A DNA stretch of 64,000 nt from Candidatus Omnitrophota bacterium (GTDB lineage Bacteria > Omnitrophota > Gorgyraeia > B26-G9). The first letter of the stretch is position 1, and each line of letters starts with the position of its first letter. Positions 27,576 through 37,000 of this stretch are shown here, piece by piece. Both the position numbers and the translations under genes were made by a program. Below the pieces are notes generated by a model, which searched no databases, had not been told where the DNA came from, and saw only the letters and a program-made list of their open reading frames with translations. The stretch is from the NCBI GenBank assembly GCA_018817585.1, contig JAHITE010000097.1, positions 4,400 to 68,399 on the forward strand. The letters are read 5' to 3'.

Positions 27576-27590
27576 GATTTCTAAAATATT

Positions 27591-28508
27591 ATGGACCCAT
27601 TCTATTATTCTTTTAATAATTATTTAAAAACCCGCTTTCAATCAAGAGTCCGCAGAATTTCTTTAAACGCGGGTTTTGGCTGTCCGCATAGAGATGAGAA
27701 ATTAGGTCTTAAAGGGTGTTTTTATTGCAATGAAAGCGGATTTGTAAGCTATAAGGATATTAAATTATCGTTAGTTGAGCAGATTGAAACTTCAATGGCT
27801 ATATTTAAAAAACAGTTTAAAGCAGACAAATTTATTGCTTACTTCCAAAATGCCAGCAATACTTACGCTCCAGTTGAAGATTTGAAACAGATTTATGATG
27901 TAATCAAGCAGTTTGATCAGATCATTGGTTTAGCTATATCAACTAGACCGGATTGTATTGATGATCAGAAGCTAAAACTGATTGACAGCTATTGTGGTCA
28001 ATATGAGGTATGGCTTGAATATGGATTACAGAGTATTCATATTCAGACATTGGAACTGTTGAATCGGCAGCATACGATGCAGGACTTTCTTGATGCTGTA
28101 GCTAAAACAGCTAAAACCAGAATTAAAATCGCGGCGCATGTTATGCTGGGAATTCCCGGAGAGTCTAGGCAGGATATGATCGCGACTGCTTTGAGCTTGG
28201 CGCGGCTTCCAATCCAAGCCGTTAAAGTTCACATTTTTCATATCTTAAAAAATACGCGCTTTGCTGAAATATACGAACAAGAGCAGTTTAAATTGATTAG
28301 TGAGCCGGAATATGTGCGGATTGCCTGTGATTTTCTCGAACATTTAAAACCGGATTGCGCGATTATGAGGCTTGTTTCTGAGTCTAGTCAGGAATTACTG
28401 ATAGCTCCGCTATGGATGAATCAGAAACAAAAAATTCTGCATGCTATTGGTAATGAATTTCAGAAAAGAGGCACACATCAGGGTTCGTATTGGGGGAAAA
28501 ATAAATGA
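27591..28508 (+). CDS. radical SAM protein, TIGR01212 (YhcC-like) family
   Basis: ISLNAGFGCPHRDEKLGLKGCFYCN N-terminal Cys motif characteristic of this family. Confidence 0.75.
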   Translation: MDPFYYSFNNYLKTRFQSRVRRISLNAGFGCPHRDEKLGLKGCFYCNESGFVSYKDIKLSLVEQIETSMAIFKKQFKADKFIAYFQNASNTYAPVEDLKQIYDVIKQFDQIIGLAISTRPDCIDDQKLKLIDSYCGQYEVWLEYGLQSIHIQTLELLNRQHTMQDFLDAVAKTAKTRIKIAAHVMLGIPGESRQDMIATALSLARLPIQAVKVHIFHILKNTRFAEIYEQEQFKLISEPEYVRIACDFLEHLKPDCAIMRLVSESSQELLIAPLWMNQKQKILHAIGNEFQKRGTHQGSYWGKNK

Positions 28509-28588
28509 GAAAATTTATACTTATTTTCCTTGTTTTAGGTGTAGCGGTATTGCTTATTGCTACTGGAGGATTAATCTTATTTGTTTAG
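28505..28588 (+). CDS. candidate 27-aa hydrophobic mini-protein (MRKFILIFLVLGVAVLLIATGGLILFV)
   Basis: Its ATG overlaps the upstream TGA (ATGA coupling). It has a single predicted TM helix. It is below the size cutoff of the ORF track. Confidence 0.25.
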   Translation: MRKFILIFLVLGVAVLLIATGGLILFV

Positions 28589-28720
28589 TTTTAAGACGTA
28601 TAAAATTATTTACTATTATTTTTTAGCGGTCTAAAAAATCTAATCTTGACATTGATAATAAAAGGTCTATGCTATTAAATACAGGTAAATTATCGCTTAA
28701 ACAAAAGAAGGGAGCATATT

Positions 28721-29164
28721 ATGACGGGGATTGTTTGTAAGGTTTGTGGATTTATATCAATTGATGGAGCTGCTCCAGAAAAATGTCCAGTGTGTTTTTC
28801 TTTGGCTTCTGCTTTTGGATTAAAAGAAGATGCGATTAAGATTCCAGCTAATGTTAACAACTTGACTGATCTTGAGAAAAAGCATATTCCTTTGATAACT
28901 GTAGTTAAAACATGCGGTCTGATTTCTGAAGGTTGCCAGGATGTGCATGTTAAGATGGGGGCAATTCAGCATCCGATGCTAGCAGAACATTGGATCCAAC
29001 ATATTGATTTTTATATTAATAAAAAGTTTATTTCCCGAGTAGCGCTTACTCCGGAATCATGCAATCCGGCAGCGGCTTTGCATTTAAAAGCTAAAGAAGG
29101 CACGCTCACAGTTGTTTCATACTGCAATCTTCATGGGGCATGGATTCAAGAAGCTGGATTGTAG
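28721..29164 (+). CDS. superoxide reductase (desulfoferrodoxin/neelaredoxin family) with an N-terminal rubredoxin-like CxxC...CxxC domain
   Basis: CKVCG...CPVC zinc-ribbon/rubredoxin-like pattern. SOR centre motifs EKKHIP, HPMLAEHWIQH and YCNLHGAW. Confidence 0.8.
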   Translation: MTGIVCKVCGFISIDGAAPEKCPVCFSLASAFGLKEDAIKIPANVNNLTDLEKKHIPLITVVKTCGLISEGCQDVHVKMGAIQHPMLAEHWIQHIDFYINKKFISRVALTPESCNPAAALHLKAKEGTLTVVSYCNLHGAWIQEAGL

Positions 29165-29274
29165 ACAAGTTTGTATTAAAAGACAGTTTATTGTTATCGG
29201 GTGAACTGTCTTTTAAATGCTTTTTGCTACTGTTCTCTAAATAATTCGCGAGTTTAAGTAAATATGGAGAATCT

Positions 29275-30198
29275 ATGGGCTTTGATGCTTTAATGCTGAA
29301 CAGTAAAAATGTTGCTAAAAGGATTAAAGAGCTTGAACGGATAAAAATTAAATACGAACGAACCCGTCATGATCTTGGAGAGCGGGTTAAAGAGCTGCAT
29401 TGTATGTATGGGATTATGCGGCTGATTGAAAAATACGAATCTTCTATTGATAAAGTTTTTCAAGGAACAGCTGATCTCATTCCTCCATCCTGGCAATATC
29501 CGGCAGTTACTCATGCTTGTATAAGTTACGCGGAGAAAACTTATTACACTAAAAAATTCAGAAAGAGCAAATGGAAACAAACAGCAGATATTTGTGCTGA
29601 AAAACAAAAGGTTGGCACTGTTGATGTTTATTATATGAAAAAAATGCCGGAAAGTGATGAGGGGCCTTTTTTAAAAGAAGAAAGAGCATTGATTCAAGGT
29701 ATTGCTAATCGCCTAGGTAGTTTTATAGAACGTAAGGACGCGCTTAGCTTGCTTACTGAATCGCAAAAACTTTTAGAACAGAAAAATGTTGATTTGAATA
29801 AAAAAAATATTGCCTTAAAAGAATTAGTCTCGCAATTTGAGATCGAAAAGCGCAATCTTGCTAAAAAAGTTTCAGTTAATGCTCAGCGACTGCTTTTGCC
29901 GCTGATTGAGAGATTGGCAACAATTAATGTGCCTAAAGAATATGTGAAAGCTTTGGAAGACAGTGTTAACCAAATTGCTTCAGAGTTTGGGCCAATTATT
30001 ACGCATTCAAAATTCCGCCTTTCGGCTCGCGAAATAGAAGTTTCCCATATGATTAAATCCGGACTTTCCTCTAAGCAGATTGCTCAGATTCTTTCTTTGT
30101 CTTTTCAAACTATTGAAGCTTATCGTAAAACTATTAGAAAAAAGCTTGGGCTTACTCAACAGGGAATCAATCTGGCCACTTACTTAAAAGAATTATAA
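29275..30198 (+). CDS. LuxR-family transcriptional regulator with an uncharacterised N-terminal domain
   Basis: C-terminal LuxR/GerE HTH (LSAREIEVSHMIKSGLSSKQIAQILSLSFQTIEAYRKTIRKKLGL). Confidence 0.7.
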   Translation: MGFDALMLNSKNVAKRIKELERIKIKYERTRHDLGERVKELHCMYGIMRLIEKYESSIDKVFQGTADLIPPSWQYPAVTHACISYAEKTYYTKKFRKSKWKQTADICAEKQKVGTVDVYYMKKMPESDEGPFLKEERALIQGIANRLGSFIERKDALSLLTESQKLLEQKNVDLNKKNIALKELVSQFEIEKRNLAKKVSVNAQRLLLPLIERLATINVPKEYVKALEDSVNQIASEFGPIITHSKFRLSAREIEVSHMIKSGLSSKQIAQILSLSFQTIEAYRKTIRKKLGLTQQGINLATYLKEL

Positions 30199-30338
30199 CC
30201 ATTTGTTATTATGGGGTATTTATTACCCCATAAATACCCTGGTAATTACCCGTTGTATTGCTATTTTAATAATGCTATTATTAAATAATACTTTATCAGG
30301 CACAATGGCGTGCCGGCATAAAAGTCGGAATAACAACG

Positions 30339-30373
30339 GTGTTCTTCTGCAGGGGAGAACGCTGTTTTTTTTT
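30339..30373 (+). terminator. Rho-independent terminator-like hairpin plus T9 run in the luxR-gdhA spacer
   Basis: An imperfect stem (gugUUCUUC...GAGAACgc) followed by TTTTTTTTT. A separate perfect 8-bp hairpin lies at 30211-30231, with no T-run. Confidence 0.5.
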
Positions 30374-30474
30374 AACTAGGAACAAGTCATAAAATAAGTT
30401 AGATAACTTGTTTTATGATGGGCGGCTAGAAATTTTAGATAAATCTTAGTATTAACAATTATAAGGAGGCAGGA

Positions 30475-31812
30475 ATGAAAAAGAACATTAATGAATTTAT
30501 GAGTAAAGTTATTGATAAAAACCCAGGCGAGAGTGAATTTCATCAGGCAGTTCTCGAGGTAGCTGAGAGTTTAATGCCTTTTATAGAAGAAAATCCTAAA
30601 TATTCTAAGGCTAAAATCCTGGAAAGGATGGTAGAACCGGAAAGAGTAATTATGTTCCGTGTGTCTTGGATGGATGATAAAGGGGAAATTCAGGTAAATC
30701 GTGGTTTTCGGGTACAAATGAACAGTGCAATCGGTCCTTATAAAGGCGGGCTGAGATTGCATCCCACAGTGCGTTTAGGTATTTTAAAATTTCTTGCTTT
30801 TGAACAGGTTTTAAAAAATAGTCTAACGACTTTACCAATGGGCGGAGGTAAAGGAGGATCTGACTTTGATCCTAAAGGAAAATCTGATAATGAGGTAATG
30901 CGCTTTTGTCAAAGTTTTATGACTGAACTGGAAAGACATATCGGCTCTAATAGTGATGTGCCGGCCGGAGATATTGGTGTAGGCGGCCGTGAAATCGGAT
31001 TTATGTTTGGCCAGTACAAAAGATTGCGTAATGAATTTACTGGAATTTTAACCGGAAAAGGCCTTAACTGGGGCGGAAGTTTGATTAGACCGGAAGCTAC
31101 TGGGTATGGGTGTGTTTATTTTACAGAGGCAATGTTAAATCAAAGAGGAGACTCTTTAAAAGGCAAAGTTTGCGCGGTTTCCGGATCAGGAAATGTTGCT
31201 CAATATACGGTAGAGAAAGTAAACCAACTTGGCGGGAAATGCGTTACTTTGTCTGATTCCGGCGGATTTATTTATGATCCTAAAGGCATAGATGCTGATA
31301 AATTAGCTTATGTTATGGAGCTCAAAAATGTAAAACGCGGTAGAATTCAAGAATATGCTAAAAAGTATGGCTGTAAATATGTTGAAGGAAAACGTCCTTG
31401 GGGAGTTAAATGTGATGTTGCATTTCCGTCTGCTACTCAGAATGAACTCAATGAAGCAGATGCAAAAGCATTGATTGCCAACGGATGCATTGCTGTAGGT
31501 GAAGGGGCTAATATGCCGACCACTCCAGAAGGGGTCAAAGTATTTCAAAAGGCTAAGATTTGCTATGGCCCGGGTAAAGCAGCTAATGCCGGGGGAGTGG
31601 CAACTTCAGGCCTTGAGATGTCTCAGAATAGTCAAAGATTGGCTTGGTCTAGAGAAGAAGTAGACGAGAAATTACAGGGAATAATGCTGGCTATTCATAA
31701 ACAGTGTGTAAAATATGGTAAGCAAGGCAATTATATCGACTATGTAAAAGGGGCAAACATTGCCGGTTTTGTTAAAGTTGCTGATGCGATGATCGATCAG
31801 GGTGTGGTGTAA
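30475..31812 (+). CDS. gdhA: NAD(P)-specific glutamate dehydrogenase
   Basis: PMGGGKGGSDFDPKGKSD Glu/Leu/Phe/Val dehydrogenase active-site motif. AGGAGG RBS. Confidence 0.9.
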   Translation: MKKNINEFMSKVIDKNPGESEFHQAVLEVAESLMPFIEENPKYSKAKILERMVEPERVIMFRVSWMDDKGEIQVNRGFRVQMNSAIGPYKGGLRLHPTVRLGILKFLAFEQVLKNSLTTLPMGGGKGGSDFDPKGKSDNEVMRFCQSFMTELERHIGSNSDVPAGDIGVGGREIGFMFGQYKRLRNEFTGILTGKGLNWGGSLIRPEATGYGCVYFTEAMLNQRGDSLKGKVCAVSGSGNVAQYTVEKVNQLGGKCVTLSDSGGFIYDPKGIDADKLAYVMELKNVKRGRIQEYAKKYGCKYVEGKRPWGVKCDVAFPSATQNELNEADAKALIANGCIAVGEGANMPTTPEGVKVFQKAKICYGPGKAANAGGVATSGLEMSQNSQRLAWSREEVDEKLQGIMLAIHKQCVKYGKQGNYIDYVKGANIAGFVKVADAMIDQGVV

Positions 31813-31880
31813 ACACAAAACATTTTATAAGCAGCTTTATTGTTTAAAAGTATTACAAGATTTTTAAAAAAGGAATAAGC

Positions 31881-32720
31881 ATGTATAAAATAATCCAAAA
31901 AAGACAGTTAAACTCCCAAGTACATCTTATTGAATTTGAGGCAAAAGATTTAGCGATGGCGGCAAGTGCTGGGCAATTTGTAATCCTGCGCGTAGATGAA
32001 TTTGGGGAAAGATTTCCGCTGACACTATATGATTTTGATTGCGAAAATGGCACGATAACTGTGGTTTGTCAAGCAATAGGGGTAAGCACAAGAAAACTTT
32101 GTGCTTTAAGCCAAGGGGATTCTGTTTTGGATATATCCGGTCCATTGGGTCGCTCAGAGCAGGTGCAAAATGTCGGTAAAGTAATCTTTGTTGGCGGAGG
32201 CGTGGGCACAGCGGAAGTTTATCCTATTGCTAAAGCAATGAAACAAGCTGGAAATGATGTCACAGTTATAATTGGGTTTAGGACAAAAGATCTGATTATT
32301 TGTGAGCAGGAAATAAAGCGCATTTGTGATAATTTATACATAACCACTGATGATGGTTCTTATGGCAGAAAAGGTTTTGTAACTGATATTTTAAAAGAAC
32401 TTTTAGCTAAGGATTCATATGATTTGGTTTTTGCAATCGGCCCGCTTGTGATGATGAAGTCGGTATCAGGCGTAACAAAATTAAAATCCATAAAAACGAT
32501 TGTATCTTTAAATTCAATCATGATCGATGGAACAGGGATGTGCGGCGGCTGCCGAATTAAATATAATGAACAAGCAAAATTTACTTGTGTTGACGGCCCG
32601 GCATTTGATGGACATTTAGTTGATTATGATGATATTATATTGCGCCAAGGCAGGTTTAAAAACAAAGAAGAACAGAGCACTAAACATTATGAACACAAGT
32701 GTCAAATTAAGCTAAAGTAA
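31881..32720 (+). CDS. NfnA/SudB-like FAD/NAD(P)-binding ferredoxin-NADP reductase subunit with C-terminal [2Fe-2S] motif
   Basis: Dihydroorotate dehydrogenase electron-transfer-subunit-like fold, with a CGGC Fe-S motif near the C-terminus (GMCGGCR). Paired with a GltD-like gene. Confidence 0.7.
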   Translation: MYKIIQKRQLNSQVHLIEFEAKDLAMAASAGQFVILRVDEFGERFPLTLYDFDCENGTITVVCQAIGVSTRKLCALSQGDSVLDISGPLGRSEQVQNVGKVIFVGGGVGTAEVYPIAKAMKQAGNDVTVIIGFRTKDLIICEQEIKRICDNLYITTDDGSYGRKGFVTDILKELLAKDSYDLVFAIGPLVMMKSVSGVTKLKSIKTIVSLNSIMIDGTGMCGGCRIKYNEQAKFTCVDGPAFDGHLVDYDDIILRQGRFKNKEEQSTKHYEHKCQIKLK

Positions 32721-32736
32721 GATAAAGGATGCGGCA

Positions 32737-34110
32737 ATGAGAGAGCAAGATCCCAAAGAGCGGATAAAGAATTTTGATGAAGTTCCTTATGGTTACAGTG
32801 AAGCTGAGGCAGTAGCTGAAGCATTAAGATGTTTACAATGTAAAAATCCGCCATGCGTTAAAGGGTGTCCGGCTGAGATTGATATCCCCGGATTTATCAA
32901 GGCCATAGCGGAAAAACAGTTTAGCGCGGCTAGTGCAATTTTACTTGAAACTAATAATTTGCCAGCGGTTTGCGGCAGGGTTTGTCCTCAGGAAGACCAA
33001 TGTGAAAAGCTGTGTATCTTAAGGCATAAAGCTAAACCGATTGATATTGGCAATCTAGAAAGGTTTGCTGCTGACTGGAAATTAAAAAATGGCTTTGGTC
33101 AAGAAAAACCAGCAATAGCTCAAGTGATCGGACATAAAAAAGTAGCGGTTATCGGAGCCGGTCCAGCAGGGCTAACCTGCGCTGCGGATTTAGCAAAAAT
33201 GAATTATAATGTAACTTTGTTTGAAGCTTTGCATAAGCCTGGAGGAGTGCTTACTTACGGTATCCCTGAATTCCGCTTACCTAAAGATATTGTTATGCAG
33301 GAAGTAGAACAAATTAAGAATTTAGGTGTGGATATAAAATATAATTATATTATTGGTAAAATTAAAACAATAGAAACACTGCGTAATCAAGGGTTTAAAG
33401 CCTTTTTTATTGCTACCGGGGCAGGTTTGCCGTATTTTATGGATATACTGGGCGAGGATCTTAATGGAGTGTATTCGGCAAATGAATTCCTAGCACGTGT
33501 AAATTTAATGAAAGCTTATAAATTTCCTGAATATGATACACCGGTAGAAGTGGGTAAAAGAGTTGCTGTTATTGGCGCGGGAAATGTTGCTATGGATTCA
33601 GCTAGGTGCGCTTTAAGGCTTGGCGCGGAAAAGGTATACATTATTTATCGCCGTACGGAAAATGAAATGCCGGCAAGGAAAGATGAAATATATCATGCGA
33701 GACAAGAAGGGATTGAATTTCATTTACTTACAAATCCAATTAAAATAATTGGGGATGAAACCGGTAATGTGAAAACAATAGTTTGTATTAAGAATGAACT
33801 TGGTACAGTAGATGCCAGCGGCCGGAGGCGGCCAGTTCCCATAGAAAATTCTGATTTTGAAATGTTGATGGATACTGTCATAATCGCCATAGGTAATGGA
33901 TCAAACCCTTTATTATTGGACACAATCAAAGAGCTTAAGCTTACACGCAAGAACAATATTGAAGCCGATGATGCTGGGGCTACCAATATCCCTGATATTT
34001 ATGCTGGAGGAGATATTGTTACAGGCTCAGCCACGGTTATTGCGGCAATGGGTGCTGGTAAAAAGGCGGCTAAAGCTATTGATGATTTTTTAAAAACCTC
34101 AAAAAGCTAG
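32737..34110 (+). CDS. NfnB/SudA/GltD-like NADPH-dependent glutamate-synthase small-subunit homologue
   Basis: Two [4Fe-4S] Cys clusters (CLQCKNPPCVKGCP, CGRVCPQEDQCEKLC). FAD and NAD(P) Rossmann motifs (VAVIGAGPAGL, VAVIGAGNVAMD). Confidence 0.8.
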   Translation: MREQDPKERIKNFDEVPYGYSEAEAVAEALRCLQCKNPPCVKGCPAEIDIPGFIKAIAEKQFSAASAILLETNNLPAVCGRVCPQEDQCEKLCILRHKAKPIDIGNLERFAADWKLKNGFGQEKPAIAQVIGHKKVAVIGAGPAGLTCAADLAKMNYNVTLFEALHKPGGVLTYGIPEFRLPKDIVMQEVEQIKNLGVDIKYNYIIGKIKTIETLRNQGFKAFFIATGAGLPYFMDILGEDLNGVYSANEFLARVNLMKAYKFPEYDTPVEVGKRVAVIGAGNVAMDSARCALRLGAEKVYIIYRRTENEMPARKDEIYHARQEGIEFHLLTNPIKIIGDETGNVKTIVCIKNELGTVDASGRRRPVPIENSDFEMLMDTVIIAIGNGSNPLLLDTIKELKLTRKNNIEADDAGATNIPDIYAGGDIVTGSATVIAAMGAGKKAAKAIDDFLKTSKS

Positions 34111-34374
34111 CTTTAGCAAGGCAGTAGTCCATAAACCCATCTAAAAAGCTGATTAATTCAGCCCTCAGAGTGAACCAAGTTTATATTTAACGAACTTTTA
34201 GTGAGTGATCTAAAGGAAAAAACCCGAAGAGATTTTTAATTTTTATTTAAATAGAGAATAAATAAGAAATTATATTGAGCTTGCATAATACTTATTGAAA
34301 GTATAAAATAACTGTAATAAATACAGTTTCATATTTCTGAGATGAATAAGATTTTGGTTAATAGAAAGTAAAAT

Positions 34375-34860
34375 ATGCAAGTCTCGTTTCAAACACCACA
34401 TTATAATTTGCTGGTAGATCTTAATTCTACGGATTGCGCAAAGAAAGTTCTAGATAGCCTTCCTTTAGATTCAAAGATTCGCAAGTGGTTAGAAGGTGTA
34501 TATTTTGAAGCTAATATCGATTTTGATGGGGAAGGTTTTGCCAGAGATATAAAAGAAGGCGATGTTGTCTATTGGCCTGAGGGTAAAGCAATCGGTATAT
34601 TTTTTGGAACAGCGCCGATGACTGTGGAAGAAAAGCTAATCCCTGTTTGGAAATTAATTAAAATCGGAAAAACAAAAGTGGATATTTTAGGTTTTCAATC
34701 AATGCGTGAAGCAGATGAAGTACTAGTCGCGACAGCAGAAAAAGAAGAGGAAATTATTTGTATAGATAGTGTTCCTGATCCTGATCGAAAGCTTTCCCAG
34801 TCTGAAATTGATGTTTTGGTTCAGAAATTATTAGCGCAAAAGAAAAGCCAAGGCAAATAA
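34375..34860 (+). CDS. hypothetical protein (possibly cyclophilin-like fold)
   Basis: 161 aa soluble protein. Only weak pattern resemblance to TM1367-type cyclophilin-like proteins. The call is unsupported beyond that. Confidence 0.4.
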   Translation: MQVSFQTPHYNLLVDLNSTDCAKKVLDSLPLDSKIRKWLEGVYFEANIDFDGEGFARDIKEGDVVYWPEGKAIGIFFGTAPMTVEEKLIPVWKLIKIGKTKVDILGFQSMREADEVLVATAEKEEEIICIDSVPDPDRKLSQSEIDVLVQKLLAQKKSQGK

Positions 34861-35025
34861 CCTCTCAAAAGCATATATATTTTCTGATATTTCTAATATC
34901 CTGATTAAACAATTTTAAGTTTGGATTGAGCTTATTCTTAGATAATAATTGTTCAATAACGATGATTTTGGTATAATTATGCCTTGGATTTTTTTATTTT
35001 TAACCGATGGAAATAGATAGGATTT

Positions 35026-36867
35026 ATGAAAGACACAATATATCGCTTATTAGAACAATATTGGGGGTATGAATCTTTTCTCCCTTTCCAGCAAGAAACG
35101 ATTTTTTCTATACTAAAAGGGCAAGACAGTTTGACTGTATTGCCTACAGGCGGAGGCAAATCGCTTTGTTTTCAATTGCCGGCTTTGCTGGAAAAAGGTC
35201 TGGCTGTGGTTATTTCTCCACTTATTTCATTAATGAAAGATCAGGTTGATGGTCTTAATGATATGGGCATACCCGCGGCTTATCTTAACTCAAGCTTGTC
35301 TGTGGTTCAGCAACGGATAGTAATCGAAGATATTAATAGCTCAAGTCTCCGGCTTTTATATTTATCTCCCGAACGCTTGCAGAATGAATCAACCTTGGAT
35401 TTATTAAATAAAGTCGGGGTAAGTTTTTTTGTGATTGATGAAGCTCATTGTATCAGTCACTGGGGACATGATTTTAGAGCTGAATACAGATCCTTGGGAA
35501 TCATCAAAGGCATGTTTAAATCAGCCAGTGTGCATGCTTTTACGGCAACAGCAACTAAAGAAGTTCAGATTGATATTTTAAGACAATTAGGGCTGGATAG
35601 TCCGGTAATTCATACTGGTCCGGTTGATCGGACTAATTTAACTTATCGGGTTATGCAGCGTCAGCAGATTGTAAAACAAGTTACTGAGGTTTTAGATAAA
35701 CACAATGACGAACCAGGGGTTATTTATTGTCTTAGGCGTAAAGATGTTGATAATCTGTCCAAGACACTGAAGAAACTGGGATATGACAATGTTCCCTATC
35801 ACGCGGGCATGACTGATAAACAGCGCCATGAAAATCAGGAAAAATTTGTCAGCGAATCAGTTAATATTATTGTGGCCACAGTGGCTTTTGGTATGGGCAT
35901 AGACAGGTCAAACATAAGGTTTGTTATTCATGAGGGAATGCCGAAAAGCATTGAACACTATCAACAGCAAACCGGTCGAGCTGGGCGCGACGGATTGCCG
36001 GCATTTTGTTATATGTTTTATAGCGGCAGTGATTATCAGCTATGGAGTTTTTTTGCTAAAAAATCAACTGAAAATAAAACTATGATGCTTAAACTTGGTT
36101 TAATGTATGATTTTTGCGCTCAGCCGCAATGTAGACATAAGGTTTTGGTTAATTATTTTGATCAACGGTATGGTAAAGATGGCTGTAATGCTTGTGATTA
36201 TTGCTTAAATGAACTGGATATGGTCGAGGCCCCATTGCTTGTTGGTCAGAATATTGTGGCTTGTATTGATAGCTTAAGTCAGCAGGGATATGGTTTTGGG
36301 GCAGTATATATCGCGGATGTATTAAAAGGTAACTTGATTGATAAAATTATTAAAATGCGTCATCATGAATTACCTCGATTCGGGACTATGTCTGAGGAAT
36401 CAACTAGTTTTATCAGGTATATGATTGAACAGCTTATTGGGCAGGGGTTTTTACAAAGAGAAGGGGAGTTTTCCTGTTTAGCTGTGACGGCAAAAGGGGA
36501 GCAGCTGCTTGATGGTGAACTTGCTCCGGTTCTGGCTAAACCGCTTGTTCAGCAAAAGAAAAAGCAGGTTGAACAGCAAAGTAAGGCAATAAGACAACAG
36601 GAATGGCTGGGAGTAGATGAAGGTTTATTTCAGAAGCTGCGCCAGATAAGAGCGGAAATTGCCCGGAAAAAAGGTGTGCCGGCATATATTGTTTTTGGTG
36701 ATAAAACTCTAAAAGATATGGCAGCTAAAAAACCATCAAATATTGATGATTTTGCTGATATTTACGGTGTGGGAGATCGGAAATTAAAAATATACGCGAA
36801 AGCTTTTATTGATGTAATTAATGATAATCAGGTTTTGCAGAAGCAATCATTAGAAGATGTATTTTAA
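35026..36867 (+). CDS. recQ: ATP-dependent DNA helicase RecQ
   Basis: Helicase motifs: motif I LPTGGGKS and the DEAH box. RecQ-C zinc-binding Cys (CRHKVLVNYF...CNACDYC). C-terminal HRDC-like region. Confidence 0.9.
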   Translation: MKDTIYRLLEQYWGYESFLPFQQETIFSILKGQDSLTVLPTGGGKSLCFQLPALLEKGLAVVISPLISLMKDQVDGLNDMGIPAAYLNSSLSVVQQRIVIEDINSSSLRLLYLSPERLQNESTLDLLNKVGVSFFVIDEAHCISHWGHDFRAEYRSLGIIKGMFKSASVHAFTATATKEVQIDILRQLGLDSPVIHTGPVDRTNLTYRVMQRQQIVKQVTEVLDKHNDEPGVIYCLRRKDVDNLSKTLKKLGYDNVPYHAGMTDKQRHENQEKFVSESVNIIVATVAFGMGIDRSNIRFVIHEGMPKSIEHYQQQTGRAGRDGLPAFCYMFYSGSDYQLWSFFAKKSTENKTMMLKLGLMYDFCAQPQCRHKVLVNYFDQRYGKDGCNACDYCLNELDMVEAPLLVGQNIVACIDSLSQQGYGFGAVYIADVLKGNLIDKIIKMRHHELPRFGTMSEESTSFIRYMIEQLIGQGFLQREGEFSCLAVTAKGEQLLDGELAPVLAKPLVQQKKKQVEQQSKAIRQQEWLGVDEGLFQKLRQIRAEIARKKGVPAYIVFGDKTLKDMAAKKPSNIDDFADIYGVGDRKLKIYAKAFIDVINDNQVLQKQSLEDVF

Positions 36868-37000
36868 CAAAAGGTTCCCAGGTCACAAAGTCACATGTTT
36901 GAGTTATCGGGTTTGCGAGTTAACGCGTTTACAAGTTCTAGAATTAACGCGCAAACGGGAAAACGGGCAAACGCGCCAACAGCTTTAGGCTGAAAAAACT

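Noticed and set aside
36900-36990. Possible further copy of the inverted-repeat family in the recQ/ABC-F spacer (gagttaacgcgtttac...aaacgggaaaacgggcaaacgcgcc)
   Set aside because: It shares only short words with the flank of copy C (gagttaacg(t/c)gtt) and with the acggg arm core. The arms are not reverse-complementary, so the match is too weak to call.
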